Part shown: positions 18,176 through 24,177 of the stretch, piece by piece | Numbering within the stretch: the stretch's first letter is position 1 | How the letters are laid out: every line of letters begins with the position of its first letter | Assembly: GCA_002269645.1 (NCBI GenBank) | Contig: NIVC01005162.1 | Coordinates: forward strand, 1-24,177 | Reading direction: 5' to 3' | Source of the DNA: Macrostomum lignano | Taxonomy: Eukaryota | DNA length: 24,177 nt | Program-made: the position numbers and the translations under genes | The notes under the pieces: model-generated | The model's input: only the letters and a program-made list of their open reading frames with translations | Told to the model about the DNA's origin: nothing | Database searches by the model: none

Positions 18176-19846
18176 CTGGAAACCTATATGAAATCGGAAA
18201 CCTGCAACGATTCCGCAACCAAAAAACAAGCTATTGAAAAGCTTTTTCTATGTATCATTCAAAACATTCAACTGGATTGGGAAATATGGTAATAATAATT
18301 ACACATAAATTTATGTATATTTATGCATTTAAACACATTATATAAATCGTATGTAAATATGCGTTTTATATGCAAATATTCGCCGAATTAAAAAAAAAAC
18401 CGTATGCATATTGAGAGCGAACAGATAATAACAAGCGCTTGTCAAGTTCAGTAGAGAACTTTGCATTCAATAAAATGTGTTCGGCATTCGAAATTACTAT
18501 AGACCGACGAATATCTGCGTGTAGGGGAAAGGGGGGGTTCCATAGTTACTGCTATCTCGGGTGTGGGAAACAGACAATAGGGGTGTAGACAGACGTTTGA
18601 AGAGCAGCTGGTAGCTGTGAATGGAAAGTTATCCTAATTTAGGAAATTTGCACAGGAAGATCTACAGAGAAGGCGGAGACATCAGGTTAGAAGTGTGGAA
18701 AAAGGTGTGAATATTTAGATTGATTGGAAGAATGCATTAGGCAAAAGAAACAGAAAACGATCCCAGATATAGGGTTACACAAGCAAACAAACAATTCACA
18801 AAACAAAAGGACGAATCTGGGAGCGAAAGAGAGAGGGGAATATTTATAATATGAATATGTGAGCATTTTATTTACTATGCAGGTTCTAATACACCAATAG
18901 AGCGCACAGAACACATCCGTAGAGGCAAAAAATATTGTCTAAACTGACGAGTATGCAGTTAGATATGAGCTCACAGTTTGAGTTTGGGATGGGGGCTCAA
19001 AGGATCCAGGCCATTTAAATTATAATTATAATTAATCTGTAATATGCTTTTGTATTAGCAAAAATAAAAACCGTGTTCGAATTATACAATCACTAATGGG
19101 CTAATACGACACGAACAAGAGCGAGACAATTGAATTAATCCATACAGATTATTGTACAATATAAGTATGCTGCAGACTTTGAAAACAGATTTTCGAACAG
19201 TAAAAAATAAATAAGGTCAGCCATCTTCTTAACTCACTCAAATCCAGCGAAGCCCTTAATAAGAGTACCATAAAATATTCCTGTCATAACCAATGCGAAC
19301 TCTTTATTTCATCAACTCTCACGCCCACCAGCCTGCGGACAGACGGACAACTAAAACGACAATCATAAAAAAAAGCTGGAATTAAAATAATAATAGATTT
19401 GCTTTTTTAATAAAGCAAACAGCTTCTACCAGTACCACCTCTTAGCTCTGAGTACACCACAGCTGTACAATTTAAGAAAAGGTGTGTTTTAAAAATAAAT
19501 TTATAACTTCATAAGCAGCAACATTCGCTGCACGGGTTCTGTTTGTCAATAGCTAAACACGCAAATATTAAATACAAAACAGCGAGGGCCAGGTTGGGGT
19601 CAGACATTCTGTACAAACAGCGTTCAAATTAATGGTTGGTTTAACCGCAGTAGGTTCTATATGTAGAACACAAAACTTAGTGTGGTAATTTTTTAATACA
19701 CAGAGACACAATGAAATATGTCTTCCCACCGGCCGTGGCTAGCATGGGAGCACAGAGGCCTATTGTATGTATAAATGTATATGCAGGAGCATTGAGGAAG
19801 CTGGAGGGGGCGGAGGCGGCGCAGCCTCATCCATCATCGGCGCGCG

Positions 19847-20592
19847 TCAGTGCATCTGGCCGGAGCTGAATCCGGCTATGAGCTTTGTGTACTTTTGCGA
19901 GCCCGGCGCCAGTCCAGCGGCCTGTTGGGCGGGATCCGCTGCCGCTGCCGCTGCTTGACTCTGCGAGCCTGCATGCAGCTGCAGCATTGGCAACTGCTGC
20001 TGGTGCTGATGCAGCTGGTGCTGGAGCTGGGGCAGACCCATGGCCTGAGACTGCAGCATGGAGGCCTGCATTGCCGAGCTCTCCATGCCGCCAGAGCCGC
20101 TGCTAGCCGTTTTGACCGGATGCGGAGCGCCAACGCTGAGCACTGTCGACGTGACCATGGAGGAGGGCACAGCTGAGGAGCCGGCGGCGGCCGCTGCAGC
20201 AGCTACAGCGGCCTGTTGCTGCTGCTGCTGCTCGCCTGCGGCAGACTCTCGCCGGAAAAATCTGTGCTGCATTGCCTCGTGAGGGCGCAGTCGTTGGCGA
20301 GGATCGTATTCCAGCATGCGGGCAACCAGGTCAAGGAAGCGGTGATAGTCGGCCGGGGAGTGGCCGGCCTCTCCGTGCCGCCGGCCGCCCGGGCCGCCCT
20401 GGTCGCAGCCCAGCAGGTCGCGCAGCAGGCGGGTGCCTGGCGGACGGTAGGTCACAGGGCGGCGAGACCCTGCTCCGTTGCCGCCGCTTTCAGCAGACGG
20501 CGGCCGTTTCGGCTGATAAGAACCGTCTGGCAGGCGTTCAAAGTACTTGCCGGACTTTTTGCCCATTTCGATAATGTGCTTCGGCGGCATGC
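19847..20592 (-). CDS. DYRK1: DYRK1/minibrain dual-specificity kinase, last exon (kinase subdomains X-XI plus Ala/Gln/Ser-rich tail)
   Basis: MPPKH...KYFERLPDG...YRPPGTRLL..LLG...GGPGGRR.GE.GHS.ADY..FLDL..RMLEYDP..R......QH.FF matches DYRK1A. The CAG acceptor at 20593 completes the Gly codon split from the upstream exon. Confidence 0.92.
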
Positions 20593-21631
20593 CTGATTCA
20601 GGTAATGAGGTGGTGGGGTGAGCTAGTTAGTGGACAGGGTGAAACTGCAGCCAGTGATGACGCTGAACAAGTAATCACAGATGCGTACGCAGGCACAAGG
20701 CACAGCGGCCCCGATTTTCAGACTTTCTCATTGTCAGGCAATGTACACAAGAGCGACAAGCTCCGAGCCCAGTTTTCACGAAGGGGCTCTAAATTACTAG
20801 CTAATTATGCGACTACAATGGCAGACTGTTGCTGCTTGCCCCCTGGATCTGGGGGGGGGGTTCACAAACTCAAAATTTCACAACATTGAACACCTTCCTT
20901 CACAAGGTCGAAAACTCGAATTTCGACGTTGCAACCCGATCTGGATAGGCGGATGTTAGTTTCGAGTCATGCCACTGAATGATATATAGATGACTAAATG
21001 TCACGAGAAAGACGTCAGACCAAAGTAGGAAATACGAACAGTAAATTACAGGTAAGAGCAAAGTTCCGAGGATCTGAACAGCCGGCCTATCCGCAGGCAA
21101 CGGAGAGATGAAAGTACAAGCGAGCAATTCAATAATCGAGTTAGGCTGGGGCGCGCAGAGACTCCCGACACATAAAAGAGCAGTAAGTGGCAAGCAAAAA
21201 CTCGGAGCTAGGCTGCAGACAAGAGAGAGAAAAAACACAACGCAGCAAGCACAGAAATCAGTGCGGTAGGCGAAAAAAGTGCCGCTGCAGCAAGCCTGCT
21301 GCAACCGCCCACTCCGCCCCTATCGAGCCGAGCCAAGCCGAGCTAATGCTTTTTTGCAGAGAGAAACAAGGAGGAAAAGCCGCAGCATTAAGTGTGCACG
21401 CATTGGCAGCCAGCTACCGCAACCACCAGAGGTTGAGGGAGGAGGGGGAGCAGCATGAATTTGCAGGGGGGGGGGATCAGGGAAGCGCAGTGCAGTAAAG
21501 TAGCGGCTAAGCTTTAAGCTGGTAGTAGTAGTATTATAGAGTTCAAGCCGCAGCAGCGCATGGACCAGCTTGTTAGAAAAGAAAATGCGACCCAGTTAGT
21601 GGAGAAAAGCAACCGCAACCCCTCCCGTCCC

Positions 21632-21657
21632 AGAGAGAGAGAGAGAGAGAGAGAGAG
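21632..21657. repeat. (AG)13 microsatellite
   Basis: Direct reading. Confidence 0.95.
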
Positions 21658-22357
21658 CACAGCAGCTAGTAAAGCGCAGCGCCGTAACCCTTTACCTCTC
21701 GCCTCGATCTAGAACCCAATACCTAATCCTTAGGTGCCTTAGTTGAGAAGGTCCAGCATTAGTAGTTAGTGCACGCCTAATAGGAGTCTCAGGACACTGT
21801 CCAAGCCAATCACGTGATAGGAAAAATAGTCCCGCTGCTATTCATTCAGGGCTAATTCAAATACGAACTGTGCAACACTTATAATACACGCTCGCTCGCA
21901 ATTTGAGGTCCGAAATGCGGGACAGAAGCCGCCTATTACAGGCCCGCTAGCTACTGAAAGAAGCCTTCGTCAAAGGAAAAGCTCTCTTCTTCTTCTTCTT
22001 CTCTCTCTCTCCCTTTCTTTTCTTTTATTTTAGCCGGGCGGAAAAAGCGCCGCCATTCGGTTGGTTTGGGGGTGGGTGTGGGATGAGAGGCAGGCCAGCA
22101 GCAACAAGGTAAAAAAAGAGAGAAGAAAAGAAATGTCAAAGCCGCTGGTGGCCTCTTTCAGGCCGCAGTCTTCACCGAGCCGCCGCCGCCACCGCCGCCC
22201 ACTTCGCAACCGCGCGAGCCCGTAGCCTAAGAAAATTATTTTATTGTCGTCTCCAAACAGCATAGCGACTCGCTCCCTCATCTACACCCCCACCCCCCAA
22301 CCCTGCTCCGTCTCTGTTCGAATTCATTCTTTAGTGATTTCCATTCAAGCCTAAAAC

Positions 22358-22360
<3 letters not shown>

Positions 22361-22396
<36 letters not shown>
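22361..22396. repeat. (AG)18 microsatellite
   Basis: Direct reading. Confidence 0.95.
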
Positions 22397-22399
<3 letters not shown>

Positions 22400-23002
22400 G
22401 CTGAAGATAAGACAAGCAGAATGACAGCTAGTGAATGAATGAATTTCATTTTTTCTCTCTTTCTCCCAGTGTTGCTACTTGACCGATTACTTCAACGGGC
22501 AGAGGGGGTGTTGCGCTCTAAGACTTAAGACTTAACCTGCCATAATACTTGCTGACGTTGCTGTTGCTGCTAAAATTATTTCTACTGGAGAGAGCCCAGA
22601 GCTATCAGTGCTAGAAGACAATTTAAGCAAAACTTATAAAAAGCAAATATTTGCAAAGGTGAAATTGAGCGCTGATAAAAATAGATGCATGTTTCATCTA
22701 ATAACTACTAAAATAAAAGTTAGAACAACTGTTATATATAATATGGGACACTCTGTAAATCCCTTAGCGAAGGTTTAGTCATCAAGTCAGAACTTCAAGA
22801 TGGGACAACTTAAGCCTGCAACTTTTGGGGAACCTGAGTCATCTGCTACTCGAGTCAGACTGCAAAAAAGTAAGGGAGATGCAGTGACGACATTCAGGCA
22901 GGGTTCAAGGTATATTTCATCAATCTCTTTAACTCAGTCATCAGTCATCTCACTCATCTGTCAAGCTCAAGCATATCCAGGGCAAACACAGTAAGTCTTT
23001 AG

Positions 23003-24177
<1,175 letters not shown>

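Noticed and set aside
19767-20596. Multiple + strand and alternate-frame ORFs
   Set aside because: They are shadows of the GC-rich DYRK1 exon.
21187-22300. Possible nested gene or alternative promoter in the DYRK1 intron (GC-rich, AG repeats)
   Set aside because: The ORFs are short and low-complexity, with no identifiable domain or consistent exon structure.

Overview
Eukaryotic (animal) genomic DNA. Two host genes lie on the - strand: the last coding exon of mitochondrial ribosomal protein L14 (3949..4330) and two exons of a DYRK1/minibrain kinase (23904..24177 and 19847..20592, joined by an in-phase GT-AG intron). Between them is a ~10.5 kb endogenous Maverick/Polinton (adintovirus-like) element (7274..17796) bounded by ~660 bp terminal inverted repeats (TIRs). 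All its genes are on the + strand: Fic-domain protein, possible PC4-like protein, orphan ORF, OB-fold SSB-like protein, TBP-like protein, pX-like small protein, conserved hypothetical protein, rve integrase with chromodomain, minor capsid, pVI-like protein, major capsid, adenain protease and packaging ATPase. The element has a complete virion and integration module but no recognisable protein-primed DNA polymerase or helicase. It carries a TBP-fold gene and repeated TATAAATA motifs at its gene junctions. Several genes have frameshifts, as does the conserved host kinase exon, so these may be sequencing errors. The flanks also hold a tRNA-derived CORE-like SINE and several minisatellites. All protein family calls come from motif recognition by eye, not from database searches.
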